Source: Chiloscyllium plagiosum
Taxonomy: Eukaryota
Assembly (NCBI RefSeq): GCF_004010195.1
Contig: NC_057719.1
Location: 68,508,567 to 68,572,566, forward strand
Direction: 5' to 3'
Length of the DNA: 64,000 nucleotides
Part shown: positions 51,365 through 64,000 of the stretch, one piece after another
Layout of the letters: every line of letters begins with the position of its first letter
Numbering within the stretch: position 1 is the stretch's first letter
Notes under the pieces: model-generated
Seen by the model: the letters and a program-made list of their open reading frames with translations, nothing else
The model's database searches: none
What the model was told of the DNA's origin: nothing
Made by a program: the position numbers and the translations under genes

Positions 51365-52260
51365 TTAAAATTCATTCATGAGACATGGGCTTTGCTAGCA
51401 GGGCTAGCATTTATTGCCCACACCTAGTCGCCCTTCAGAAAATGGTGCTGAGCTGCCTCTTCAACAGCTACAATGCATGTGCTGTAGGTTGACCCACAAT
51501 GCCATTAGGGAAGGAAATCCAGGATTTTGACCAAGTGACACTGAAGGAATGGCAAAATATTTCCAAGTCAGGATGGTGAGTGGCTTTCAGGGGAACCTGC
51601 AGGTGGTGATGTTCCCATGTATCTACTGCCCTTGTCCTTGTGGGTGGAAGTGGTCGTGGGTTTGGAAGGAGCTGTTGATGGAAATTTGATTAATGTCTAC
51701 AGTACATCTTATAGATAGTACACATTACTGCTCCTGAGCATCAGCGGAGGAAGGCGTGGGTGCTTGTGGATTTGGTGCCAATCAAGCGGGCTGCTTTGTC
51801 CTAAATGGTATCTTGTTTCTTGAGTGTTGTTGGAACTGCATCCATCCATACAAGTAGGGAACATTCCATCACATTCCTGACTTGTGCCTTGTGGATGGTG
51901 GACAGTCTTTGGGGAGTCAGGAAGTGAATTACTTGCCACAATATTCCAAGCCTCTGAACTGCTCTTGTGAGCTCTTATATGGTGAGTTTAGTGAGTTTCT
52001 GGTCAATGGTAATCTCCAGGATGTTGATAGTGGGGTAGTCAGTGAAGATAACATCATTGAATGTCAAGGAGAGATTGTCTCTTATTGGAGATTGTCATTG
52101 CTTGGTATTAGTGTGGTGTGAAGGTTAGTTGTCATTTTTCAGCCTAAGCCCAGATATTGTCTGGATCTTGTTGCATTTGAACATCGACTGCAATCATTGG
52201 CAAACACCTCCACCTCTGACCTTATGATGGAGGGAAGTATCAATCAATCCAATATATTTA
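51365..52260 (-). mobile_element. LINE-B 3' fragment
   Basis: Reverse complement of 49155-49612, extended upstream. A further decayed copy follows at about 52455-52810. Confidence 0.88.
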
Positions 52261-52989
52261 CTGTCCGAAGGTAGGGGACTAAAATGTGCAAGAAGATATC
52301 CTGAGGATAGGAGGGAGAACGAAAAGAGAAATTGTAAAATAGATGCAGAGAAACAAAAGTTGGTATTTAATTTAATCCATTCTAACATGCCACTGATATA
52401 ATTTGTTAAAAGTTGATAAATGTGCAATTTTTCATAAAATTATACAATATCATTGTTAGGATGCGGACAAGGCAAGCATTTATTTTCGATCCACATTTGC
52501 CTTTGAGAAGATGTTGGTTTTCTTGAATCAAAGCAGTCACATCATAAGCAAGTTCTCACAAGGCTAGTAGCTCGGATTTCCAGGTTTTTTTCAACCAGTG
52601 CTCAACATGAAATGGTGCTAAATATCTCAGTCAGGAATTATGTGACTCGGAGGGGAGCCTGATGAGATATGGTCCCTCATATATCCCCTATACTTGTGCT
52701 TCTCACCGTTGGAGTTCGCGGTTTGGGAAGAGTTGCCAAAGAAGACTTAGTGAGTCATCACGTGTAACTTGTAGATCAAGGTTGCCCAATGTTTTGAATA
52801 GAGCGGAGGGGCAGATTACAATTTTTTTCTCTCGGGGGCCAGTGCACAAATTTCAGAATTGTTTACTGCTCAACAGCAAACAATAATTCCTGAAAGAAAC
52901 TCCCAAGCAGGACCACCAAAGTGACCACTAAAAAAATCAAGCAGCAGAGCTAACTAATTTTTTTAAAAAATTGTGCTTTTGGTTAGGAA

Positions 52990-53110
52990 GAAGAAAGTGT
53001 GGACCACAGATGCTGGAAAGTCAGAGTCAAAAAGTGTGACGCTGGAAAAGTAAGTCAGGCAGCATCCAAGGCGCAGGAGAGTTGAATTTTCAGGTATTAT
53101 CCCTTCAGCG
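52990..53110 (-). mobile_element. PLE pLTR fragment
   Basis: gaaagtg.gg..cagatgctgga..gctggaaaag..gtcaggcagcatcc, like 35833-35940. Confidence 0.75.
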
Positions 53111-53859
53111 TTTGATTATGAAGCAGAGCAAGGGAAAGAGATCAAAGACTGGGTCTCAAGTCCTGAATCCGAGCGAAATGGGCAGGGACTGGTGCCAAGC
53201 TAAAGAGTTGGGTTTAAGTAACTGTGACCATGATTCATGCCTGATGGGATGGTCTCTAAGCTTGCCATGGCAGAATTCACATTAAAGTGGCAGGAATATT
53301 CTCACACTGAAGCACAAGTATGCAAGATTGCAATGAATTGGGGAGCTGTTCCTTTGGGAATATTGTTGGGCTATATTTCATGGTGACCTGGCAGAATTCT
53401 AGTTCCAAAGACTTTGGTTGTGCAAAGTACATTTGGATAAGGTCAAACATGCCTCACAACTTCTTATTAAGGCATGACTATAACCACTTTGGGAAATCTC
53501 AGTTCTGCACTATGTGAATGTATAACATGAGGCTTCATTGTTATGAACATGAGGGCTCAAATTGTGAAATGTCACACAGATTATCTGCTGATGGAGAATC
53601 TATTGGAGAATCCTGTCCTCCACCATTGTGGCCTTGTTGCTACTTTTGAAGACAACCCAAAAGGAGACAATGATGAGAATATTATCCAAAAACCCAGTCA
53701 AAGCAATAATCTCGTATAGCTGCCACACAGCCTCCCAACGAAGAAACAACTGTTAAAGATTCACCAAGGAGTCAGAGACAAATATGAGATGCCAATTCTA
53801 CAGGCCCCATTGTCATTTTTTAAAATTCATCTGCACAACCTCTGACTATGGATGTCCAT

Positions 53860-54400
53860 CTCATCACCACTGAACTGTATCATTTGCTGGAGCAGGACAT
53901 GCACTCAAAAGGACTGAGTGGTCATCCTTCCCTGTGACCATCAGAGTTACAGCTGACTCCATTTTTATGTCAATGGCTCGTTTCAAGGAACCCTGGGGTC
54001 CTGGGTGGCATCTCCCAATCCTTGACCCATAGATGTAACTGGGATGATACTGATGTCATCTTCTCAAGACCACACCTCTTCATATCCTTCTCCCATGATG
54101 AGAAGCTAAGACAGTGAGCATCTTCATCATCACTGATTTCCCTGAGGTGTGTTTAACTGCACCCACATTGCTTTGATTGCCAAACACCAACCTGCAGAGT
54201 CTGTGAACTGAAAAGGCTTCCACTCTTTGAATCTTTAAATTATATATGACCATCGATGCTAAATCTTGGAGATTTGCTTCAGATATCCTGGGAGCTGCAT
54301 ACATACTGTATTGAACAATGCCGAGGTTCCTGCATCCTTCTAATGTCTTCAGAACATACAAGGATGACTACTGGGAATCAAGAGTTCCTATTCCAACCTA
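53860..54400 (+). mobile_element. PIF/Harbinger (HARBI1-like DDE) transposase relic, multiply frameshifted
   Basis: Ordered motifs: ELYHLLEQD, PVTIRVTA, FYVNGSFQG, GISQSLTHRC..TDVIF, FPEV, NCTHIAL, N*KGFHSLNL..YDH, RYPGSC, G*LLG. Confidence 0.82.
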
Positions 54401-55059
54401 CTTCCCAAATGAGTGAGCTGGGTTTGGACTTTGTTTCATTGTTCAAGATTCTGTTGATAATCTGGCAAGTGGCCCTACTTAGTGTAAATGAAATGTAGAC
54501 CTTGTTATTTTTGTGGGTCTTGACCTATTATATTGCTTAATAAATGTTTCATTATCATGTTATTCATGTGGTTGTACACATAGTATCTTCAGGTGATCTA
54601 GACATGACCTGCCTTCCACAACCATTGGAGACAAAGCCACAGGCTTTGAGACAGTGAAAAGACATTGCATGTTAAGTAGCTCTTCAAGCATCCGTCAAGT
54701 TATGACATTCAAGTGATGTCTTGTGCAGTCACTCATGACACTCACCAGGTTGACAGGAATCGTGAAGAATTTCCTTTTGACATTTCAATTGTCAGTAACC
54801 TTTCAATGTTTCAAAATCGATGTAGACTATTATGTTTACCTGAAATGCTTGAACATCCTCTAGGACAACACTGAATGTGCAAGATGCAATGCTTTGTACA
54901 ACATATCTCAGACTATTGTGTTCTGAGGTAAAGTGGGCATGTGATCTGTCCATTGCACACCTCCTAGCATTAAATGCCTGTCTATCACTCCCTTGAAAAG
55001 CTCAGGCATAGAATAAACCTTTTCCTCCAGAGATATCTGAAATCATTGATTCTGTAATC

Positions 55060-55555
55060 TTGCTTACAAGGTGTGTGCATGTGGAGTAATGTATGCAGTT
55101 TTGATCTCTTTACTAAATCAAGGGTTTATTGCCAATGAGGCAGTATAGAGAAAGTTCGCTAGGTTAAGCCCAGGGATGGCAGAGCTGCCTGATGAAGAAA
55201 GATTGAGGAATGTAGACTTGTATTCTCTAGAGCTTTTAAGAATGAGAATCCATCACTTTTTGAAATGTACAAAATTTTTAAAGGACTTGACAGGGTAACA
55301 AAATGACTCCTTTGGCTGGGGCTCAAGAGCCTGGGTACATGGTTTTGGAATAGGTGGCATCAGTTTTGGATTGAAATCAAAGGGATATAGAAACTTAGTC
55401 ATTATGTTCAAGACAGAGATTGACAGATTTCTATACACTAAAGATACCATGGAGTCAGGAGATATGCAAGAAAATTACATTGAGGTACACGGTCAGCCAA
55501 AAGCTATAAAGGCAGAGCAGGTTTGAGGGACTGAATGATCGAAAGCTGATCCTAT
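55060..55555 (+). mobile_element. Old CR1 3' fragment
   Basis: RKFARLSPGMAELPDEERLRNVDLYSLELLRMR.. plus a CR1 3' UTR. Confidence 0.7.
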
Positions 55556-55599
55556 ATATCTTTTTTCCCAACCTGCTCAACTGTTCCTCTCAAGACAAC

Positions 55600-57300
55600 C
55601 ACTTCAACCTAATGAATCTTCTCTGATCTGCCCTCTGATATACAGTAATAATGGTGTGTTCTCAACAGTACTCTGAGAGTTGGATCGAGACTTCCTTACT
55701 TCAATACTGTACCCCTTTTGCTGTAAAGGCTCAGATTCCATGTATCTTCCTAATTGCTTATTGTACTTACATGTTAAGCTTTTGTGAGTTGCACTGCAAT
55801 GTTGTGCTCTCCATATAAGTAATAATTTACTTTCCTATTCATCCCACCAAAGTTGGCAACGTCATATTTTCCAGCATTTCTAGCCCACTCACTTAACCCG
55901 TCTACGCTTCAGTGCAGAATCTTTGTACTCCTCTTTCCCACCACATCATTGCATTATCAAACACATCAAAATCAATTTTATAGATTGCGAATAGTTGAAA
56001 CTCCAGCACAGTCCCTGTAACACTCAACTAGTTACATTTTGCCAAACTAAAAATGACATTCATCACTTGTCTCTGCTTTTTGTTAATTAGGTAATTCACT
56101 ATTCATGCCAATATGTTACTCTCAACTTGTGCAGCAACTTTTTACGTGGCACATTAGTGAAGGATCTTAGTAATTCCAAATTGGTTCCCTTTATCCACCA
56201 TATTGGATCCAACCTCAAAGAATTCTAATAATCCATCAAACATAGTTTTACTTTTACAAAACCATGCTTACTCTGTTTTATTTTGTTTTGATTTTCTAGA
56301 TATTCTTCCCTACTTCCTTAATACTAGATTCTAACATTTTCAAAAGACAGTTGTTAAGCTAACTGGTGTGTATTTTTCTCCTTTCTATCTCCCTCCATTC
56401 TTGAATAGAAATGTTACATTTGAAGTTTTATTTTGTACTGCTGCGTTTCCAGCATCTAATCTGCTGGAGCACCTTGTAGAGCTCTTTTTTGTTTCTAAAA
56501 TGTATCCTTGTAAGAATAACAAAATAGCTCCTGAATGTCTGCCAGTGTCCAGAGTGTGGTGCTGGAAAAGCACAGCAGGCCAGGCAGCATCAGAAGAGCA
56601 GGAGAATTGACGTTTCAGGCATAGGGCTTATACCCAAAACGTCAATTCTCCTGCTGCTCAGATGCTGCCTTGCCTACTATGCTTTTCCAGCACCACAATC
56701 TCGAACCTGATCTCCAGCAACTGCAGTCCTAACTTTCTCCTAATCAGTCAGTGTCTGCCAGATTCATGTACTATATTAAATCCTTTGGTAAACTTTCTTG
56801 CTGTATTCAAACATGTATGCATACCCTTTAAATGATCACCATTTGATTTGGTTTTCAACTCCTCATTCTTGTTAACAAATATCTCTCCTCACTTTTCTGT
56901 ATTGAATTCAAGCTATCATTTTTCTGCCCATTCTACCAACCTATCTATGGTCTCATGAAGTCTATGCTACATTTTTCACTGCTTACGGCATTTCCAAATT
57001 TTGTGTCGTCTGCAAATTTCAAAATTTCAAAGTTTTGTATCCAAAAGTCCAAATTCTTTTTTAAAAATTGTAAAATACAATAGTCCTTGAGAAAGTCATC
57101 TTTTTTCTGGTTTGAACAGCAATCATTACCAAAACTCTCTTTTCAATCTTAAAACCAATTTTGAATCCATAATGCTAGGATCCCTGATATCCCATGGGCT
57201 CCAATTTTGCTCATCTGCTTATTATGAGATACTTTATTAAATGCTTTTGAAAGCCCATACACATAATGTCAACTTGCATGCCCTTCACCCTCATCTCATC
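55600..57300 (-). mobile_element. Old CR1 RT-region relics
   Basis: The reverse complement of ttgtgtcgtctgcaaattt gives KFADDTK at about 57000-57020, and aatgcttttgaaag gives FQKH/AF region. Confidence 0.6.
56546..56751. mobile_element. Fold-back PLE terminal-repeat insertion with 10-bp TSD
   Basis: tgtggtgctggaaaagcac..ggagaattgacgttt / aaacgtcaattctcc..tgcttttccagcaccaca. TGTCTGCCAG at 56536-56545 and 56752-56761. Confidence 0.88.
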
Positions 57301-58060
57301 AAACATCAATCAGGTTATAAAAATGTAAACAGGAAACCGTGGGAATCTGAAACAAATCTACACGTAATGACAAAAGGCAGTTTCATGTTTGAATTTAATC
57401 TCTCATCTGAACTGGCCATTAAGAAGTGAGATTGAAACAAAGGGAGAGGAAAGAATAAGATATAATTGGCAGAATGCATCTTTGAAATATTGACCAGCTG
57501 TGGATGATCATAATCTAAAATTAAACAGAAGTAAAAGAACAAAATAAATGACAAAAGCATGGACTACACACAAAAAGCTGTGCAAGTACATAGCACTCTA
57601 AAAGTTAAAGCGAGAACCAGCATCAAGTTTGCAGATTCTCCCTGGAATTTTATTCTGACAGAGTCAATGCTCGCATGTCCAATTTACTTGACACCCTGCA
57701 CCCTGCATTCTCCATTCCTTTCCACATCCCCTCCGCTACCTCCACTACCTGATTGCAGGTACATTCCTATTATGTCTATCTCTGTGAAAGTAGGAAAATG
57801 GTTTTACTTCGACTTTGCTGAAGTCAAAGCTCACTCGAGAGAGCTGGAAAGTGCTCATAAGAAACAGAAGATTCTGTTTGCTAAATCTGCTATAATTTTG
57901 CTTGGAATAGTTGCAGAAGGCAAATAATAATGAGACTAAAGCGGGAATTGAATTCAGAATTAAATGGTCAAAGCAGTGTCTGACAAAGTTAACAAATTTG
58001 TTTTAATAAAATGGAAGATTAAATGATATTTAGTCACAGAGTCTGCCATGATATTTAAAA

Positions 58061-58743
58061 TGAGACTGAGCAGAGGCTACTGCGTAGGATGAATGAGCAC
58101 TGCCCAACAATCAACAGACAGGAGTGTTCCCTCCCAGTCGGAGAACACTTCCCTAGTCCAGGACATTCGACCTGGGACCTTCGGGTGACCTTCCTCCAAG
58201 GCAGGCAGCAATGAAAAGTGGCTGAGCAGAGGCTGAGAGCCAAGTTCTGTATCCATAGGGATGCCCTCAACCGGGACCTGGATTCATGTCACAGTACAGG
58301 TGATCCCATTGCATTATACACACACAAACAGACAGACGGACACACAAACTCCTACACACACAGACACACACAGACACACACTCCCACACACGCACACATA
58401 TGCATATAAGTTTATGGGGTGAATTCGTACTTGCAGAGTTACATTTTACTTCGCTCAAAAACTGCATGAATCCATGTAAGATTCTGTAAATTCATTTTTT
58501 TAGATTAGCATCAGTCTAAACATTGTGGCACAGACAGTATCACATAGGGGAACTCGTACCTTCAATACATTATCTGGGCTGACAGACACCAATTGTTATA
58601 ATTCACTTGAGAATGTAACTTAAAAAAAAGTTTTGTATTTGCTATAAATTCTGTGTCTTAGAATCTTATACTCCACAACCACCTGATAAAGGAGCAGCAC
58701 TCTGAAAGCTAGTGCTTCCAATTAAACCTGCTGGACCATAACT
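58061..58743 (+). mobile_element. PLE 3' end (GIY-YIG C-terminus, CA-rich tract, pLTR with hammerhead), 13-bp TSD
   Basis: RMNEHC..INRQECSLPVGEHFPSPGH..VAEQRLRAKF..LNRD. ATGATATTTAAAA at 58048-58060 and 58744-58756. Hammerhead-like motif at 58680-58714. Confidence 0.9.
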
Positions 58744-59149
58744 ATGATATTTAAAAGATATGTCCAAAGATATTGGAAAAACAAAAGTCTTACAGATTCA
58801 AAAGAAAGGATAAGATTAAAGTGGTTAACATTTTCAAATAGTCAGTAAATGTGAACTGGCTACCATTCCTTTATTCTGTATTATACAAACTCTGTAATAC
58901 AGGGACAAGACTAGTCAGTGAACACTGAATAGAATATATTGTACTGGAATGGGTATCAGCAAATCATTGTCTCTAATGAAAGGAGTGACGAAAAGACTGA
59001 GTAGTAAGTAGAGGTGGAAAGATTATTCACCTGTTACAATAGCACAGGAAAGAACAGTGTGAATTTAGATTGGAAGATTAAACAATTCATACCAGAAAGA
59101 CATAGTCTTTCCTGCTGAAATGGAAAGGTGAAGGGAAGGTGTGCTTGGT

Positions 59150-59680
59150 GATTTAAGGATTGTATCTTCATTTTTATGTCTTTATTCTGAAACCGTCTGA
59201 TGCAGTGCCATACAACAGACTTGTGTCAAAAGTTATAGATCATGGTATTAAATGGCAAGTGGTAAAGTTGACACAGAATTGGCTGAGTGATATGAATCAA
59301 AGGGGTATTTTTCAGGCTGGAGGAAGGTTTGCAGTGGAGTTCACCAGGGGCTGACATTGGCAATCCTTGCTCTTCCAGATTTATATTAATAATCTAGATC
59401 TTGATGTGAAGAGGACAATTTCAATGTTTGCAGATCATACAAAATAAGGAAGAACTGTAAACTGTGAGGTGGACAGTTTGGGAGTACAGAAAGATATTGA
59501 TAGGTTGAAGGAGTGGGCGCACAGGTAGCAGATGAGATTTAATGCAGAGAAGTGTGAGGTGATGCATTTTGGTCAGAAGAAAATTGATGGACAACATAAA
59601 ATAAGGTGCATTCTAAATAAATGTAGGAACAGAGGGATCATTGAAGGTGGCAGGACATGTAGAGAGAGCAGTTAATAAAC
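59150..59680 (+). mobile_element. CR1 RT-domain relic
   Basis: DAVPYNRLVSKV..HGI, NWLSD, IYINNLD, FADHTKI, QMRFNAEKCEVMHFG. Confidence 0.85.
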
Positions 59681-59799
59681 CATATACAAGGGATCCCCAA
59701 TTTACACACATGCTTTTTACGACAACCATGACTAATTTGTGGCTATGGTTAGTAAACATTCAAAATTCTTGAGTGTTTTTTTAGAATCACTGTTGAAAT

Positions 59800-60700
59800 C
59801 TGGGTGTTGCTTACTGGACTGGCATTCATTGCCTTTCAGTAGTTGCCCTTGAGAAGGTGGTGGTGAGCTCCTTACTTCTCACAGAATCCTGACAGTGTTG
59901 AAACAGACCATTTGGCCCACAAGTCCACACCGACCCTCCAAAAACATAACCCACCCAGACCCATTCCCCTACATTTACTCCTTACTAATGCACCTAACCT
60001 ACATACCCCTGAACACTATGGGTCAATTTTGCATGGTCAATTGACTTGGCCTGCACACCTTTGGACTGTGGGAGGAAACCCACACAGACACAGGGAGTAT
60101 GTGCAAACGCCACACAGACAGTCACCCAAGGCGGGAATCAAACCCAGTACCTTGGCACTGTGAGGCAGCAGTGATAACCACTGAGCCACCATGCCACCCA
60201 TGCAGTCCATTTTGTGTAGGTAGACTTACAATGCTGTGAAGGAGGGCATTCCAGGATTTTGACCCAGCAACACTAAAGGAGCAGCAATATATTTCCAAGT
60301 CAAGATGCTGAGTGGCTTTGAAGGAAACTTGCAGGTGGTGGTATTCCCATGTATCTCCTGCCCTAGATGGGAATGGTGTAGATTTGGAAGATGTTGTCTA
60401 AGGACCCTTGGTGAATTTCTGGTGTTCATCTTATAGATGGTAGACACTATTGCTACTGAATGGCGATGGTGGAGGAAGTGAATGTTTGTAGGTGTGGTGC
60501 CAATCAAATGGTTTGCTTTCTATTAGATGGTGTCCAGCTTCTTGAGTGTTTTTCGTTTTGCATTCATCCAGGAAAGTGCTCCTGATTTGTGCTTTGTCGA
60601 CTGTGGACAGACTTTAGAGAGTCAGGAAGCGAGTTACTCACTGAAGAATTCCCAGCATCTGACCTTATCGTGTAATGACAGAGTTACAATGCATTGTCGA
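59800..60700 (-). mobile_element. LINE-B 3' fragment split by an HE1 SINE
   Basis: ORF 60226-60507 contains IHFLHHRHSVAIVSTIYKM. The 3' end lies at 59800-59875. Confidence 0.82.
59880..60199 (-). mobile_element. HE1-type V-SINE nested in LINE-B
   Basis: Homologous to 23607-23912. Confidence 0.9.
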
Positions 60701-61329
60701 ATTGAGTTTATTTTTAAACACTCACATAGTCTGACTTTCAGTATACATGAAATATTGAACCATTCCTCTTGAATCTGTAAAGCTGCTGATGGCCAGGCCT
60801 CCATCTCAACAGAATAATGAGGGACCAGAGAGTGTAAATCCATGCAAACACAAATGGTTGGTAACTATAATGGAGGGATGATTTGTTAGTTTTCAGATGT
60901 GATGTGGCAAAAGGTACTGTAATCGAGAAAGTATGAAGTTTTTGATGTTTCCAATTGTCCACCAGCGGTGTCCAAAATCTGGATGCAGGTTCTCCCTGTC
61001 AGACTGCTTCACTGACCATAACCGTTTATAGTGTAGATCATAAAATTATTCTGCTGGATATTTGTAAAATTATTTCAGTGGATATTTTAGGAAGTTTCAA
61101 TACAACATGAACAGTTAATTAAAATCTACTGGTAAATTGTGCTCTTTGGACTTCAAAAAAACCTAAGTATTGTAGTCAAACTCCACTTTCCCATAACAAC
61201 CTTAATTATTTAATGGTAAAAGTCAATTTTTAGTGTAATTGTTCAATTAATAAAGAAATCCAGAGTTTAACCTAATCCAATATAGTGAGTAATTTAATGA
61301 TTAACATAATTCATCCTTAAACAAACTTC

Positions 61330-61925
61330 CACCAAGAGTTGGCCTCTCACACAGATTATGACAAATACTCAAATTGGCATGTATAGAGATCCAATAAAAG
61401 TCTCCTAAGAAGCTTCACTCTATCCTTCATACCCACAAAGATAATAAATCATTTTGCAATAATCTAGGAATTTATATCTTATCACGTCATTGTAGACATG
61501 TCTCTATGGGGAAAACAGGCTACAGCTGACACATTAGATTCAAGAAATATCAAGCCTACTTCAAGCACAATATATAAGACAAAAACCTTCAACTTAACAG
61601 CCATCCCATCCAATGATCCTACTCTAGTCTATCTAATCCAATATCTAGCCTCAGGAAAGTTACAGCGATCTACAAACACCACACCATCTGCCAGGACAGT
61701 GACTTCCTCATTGGTGACATCTAACTACTCTTTCTCAAGAAAGGCATGACCATTTATATTGCACGGTTGATCAATAAACAACAAGAATATTATTCTGAAG
61801 AAGGGTCACTGACTCAAAATGTTAAGTCTGCTTTCTCTCCACAGAGACTGCCAGACCTGTTGAGTTTCTCCAGAAATTTCAGTTTTAGTTTCAGATTTCC
61901 AGCTTCCACAGTTCTTTGTTTTATA
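61330..61925 (+). mobile_element. Decayed PLE body relic followed by a pLTR with degenerate hammerhead
   Basis: SNDPT..LASGKL..ART resembles the PLE pre-RT region (weak). 61795 onward reads ctgaaga-agggtc-act-gactc-aaaatgtt followed by a pLTR tail. Confidence 0.5.
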
Positions 61926-62489
61926 TATGAATGTTAATATGTATGGACTTATGATAAACACAATTGCCAACATTAAGATCCCATCCAAATTCCATCCTCC
62001 ACTACACACAACTGCCTCTTTTACCTGTTCCTAGATGAGAGAGTATGCAATTAGGTAAGATAACTGCTCTTTTCATAGAAAATCTTATGTGGCATAACTA
62101 TAAAATTGTCTTATTGAATGTTGTCAATCTTTGGCAAATTGCCTGTTGGTGAGGCTTTTGACTTCAATGGGGTATTTGCCTGCTGCAGTAATGCTAACAT
62201 TATTTCCCATAAGAGAAGGTAGTTGGCTAATATTAAGCTGTAATGTTACAAAATGGGAGCATGCTTCTCATATCACGCCATGCTTTGAATGATTCAAGGC
62301 AAGATTGAATATGTAATCTTTATACCTTTAACTCACAAACTATGATACAATGATGATATCATGAGCTAGTTTCTTCAAGATATACTGACCATGAGACATA
62401 TGGTCTGACTCTTCAACACAAAGAGTCAACACCTATAACCTGACAAAATGTTATCAACAATTCCCAGCAAAAGAATTGACTTGAAATGT

Positions 62490-63130
62490 TAGCTGGAATT
62501 TAATGAGGCTTTGGGGGGAAAACTGGCAAAATGGAGTGTGTAGGTGTCAGGGAGCAAGACTCTTACCTGCCATGCCTTTTTCATACTGATGGAAAAGGTG
62601 ACAGATGGCCTGCTTATGCAAAACTCAAAAAACCACTTCTGATCAATTCATAGCACAATCTTGCCTCTGCTGGCATTTTATCTATGTTTGCTGGTAGGTG
62701 TAGCTCTCTGGTAAATTCTGCAAGCCCCTCCCCCAGGAGACTCTGGGATGTTCCCCACCACCCCCTCCGCTAGCAAGAATGGCCTCCCAGAGGTATTAAC
62801 ACAACTAATACAGGGCATTCTGGAATGACTCTTGTTTCTCCCATACCCCGCTTACCTTATATTGAAGTGTATGGTTGTCAAAGTGTGTGCTTTCTTCAGG
62901 TGCAGCACCAGCAAATGGCCACTGCTAATGGTGGCTCTGCTGAGCTGTAAGTACTCTGATTGGACCAGCAGTACTCTTGGGGATGGGTTGGCATCATTAA
63001 TAAGGATGGCAGTTCAGGCAGCAACTACTTAATTACTGGTGATCATAAAAATGAGCCCCCTCTCCGCCAGTCACCTGCCGCGGTGAAGCTGTACCTGCTT
63101 TCAGCCCAACTGACAGAATTTCTGCCATCT
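62490..63130. mobile_element. Probable old non-autonomous DNA element
   Basis: GC-richer block starting gctggaattt and ending gaatttctgcc, with weak terminal inverted similarity. Confidence 0.3.
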
Positions 63131-64000
63131 CTGAGAAAGTCTGTATGTTAACACTGATTGTTTCCTTCATCAATGCTATCCAATTTTACAGCATTTCCTG
63201 TTTTTTTTTAATTACAGTTTTCATTACATTGCCTCTGGACTGATTAAGACAAAAGTGTCAAAACCAAGAAGTTGATCTTGCATCAAAATAAAAGTTGGCA
63301 CAAAGTGACGGTGGGCTTGCAACACAATCCAGAAAAAGAAGGCTCAAAACTTAATGGAAGTTAGGTCTTGGGTCACATTTAGATAATAACTTTGATCTGA
63401 GGCCACATACCAGCCTTAGGAAATTCAGCCAGGTTTAAATCAACCTACAAAAGTCAAGGGAGCAAAGCGAGGTGTATTTAAGACTGCAGTGACTAGAATA
63501 TTTCTTCTGATCCAGAAGAGACTACTCCTGACTCCATATTAAGGTAAGTAGTTTTCACTAAACAATTTCATACATCAGTAGCCTCCAGCAATCCATTTAA
63601 GAATCTCTGCTCAGGTAGTTGCAAACCTGGAACAAACCCGGGGGAGCAATTGTGGTGAAGGTTCTGCCCAGTTGAGATCTTAGAATAATTACTACGCATG
63701 TGATTAGCACACTTTAAAGATACAGTTTGACAGTCAGTGCCTTCCAGGGGCATGATCAAGTGTGAACAACCCATCCAGAAATTTTCCCCCGAAAATTAAG
63801 TGCGACAGAGACTTATGGCTTTGCTCTAAAAAAAGAATAAAATGTGAACAATGTAAATATGCAGCAACAGAAAATATATTGTTCAAATGATACATTAGAA
63901 TTCATCTCCATCCTTTGTGTGAAAGAAACCATAGTTCAGTGTGTTGTGAGAAGCTACACTCCCTCCATGTGTGACAAACTACTTGCAATTAAACCAGGGC

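Noticed and set aside
53860..54400. Domesticated HARBI1 gene
   Set aside because: Multiple stops and frameshifts, with altered catalytic-region residues. It is a fossil.
58318..58400. CA-rich array as an independent or CRISPR-like repeat
   Set aside because: Low-complexity tract inside a PLE 3' region, with no repeat-spacer structure anywhere in the window.
63500..63550. Possible 28-nt micro-exon (tccag|...aag|gtaagt)
   Set aside because: Strong donor but weak acceptor, no recognisable peptide and no partner exons. Needs RNA-seq.

Overview
This is a vertebrate non-coding window, almost certainly from a shark (elasmobranch); the HE1-type V-SINEs, HER1/CR1 LINE tails and shark-type Penelope elements point that way. 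I find no intact host protein-coding gene, rRNA, tRNA gene or CRISPR array. The ORFs I can interpret are decayed transposon fragments, and the rest look like noise. The window is a mosaic of CR1 LINE fragments, a second old LINE family ('LINE-B') with its own tRNA-headed SINE, HE1 SINEs, Deu-type SINE relics, Rex1/Babar LINEs, many Penelope-like element (PLE) fragments, PIF/Harbinger transposase and Myb/SANT relics, and a MITE. Repeat-poor stretches between them may hold conserved enhancers. The most interesting signals are: (1) minimal hammerhead-ribozyme motifs in about four PLE terminal-repeat families; (2) small fold-back PLE insertions, several with 10-14 bp target-site duplications (TSDs); (3) a SINE that appears to be an internal-deletion derivative of a tRNA-headed LINE; (4) a TSD-flanked local templated duplication; and (5) an isolated hairpin in repeat-poor DNA. 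Repeat boundaries were read by eye and are approximate. Family names come from recalled motifs, not database searches.
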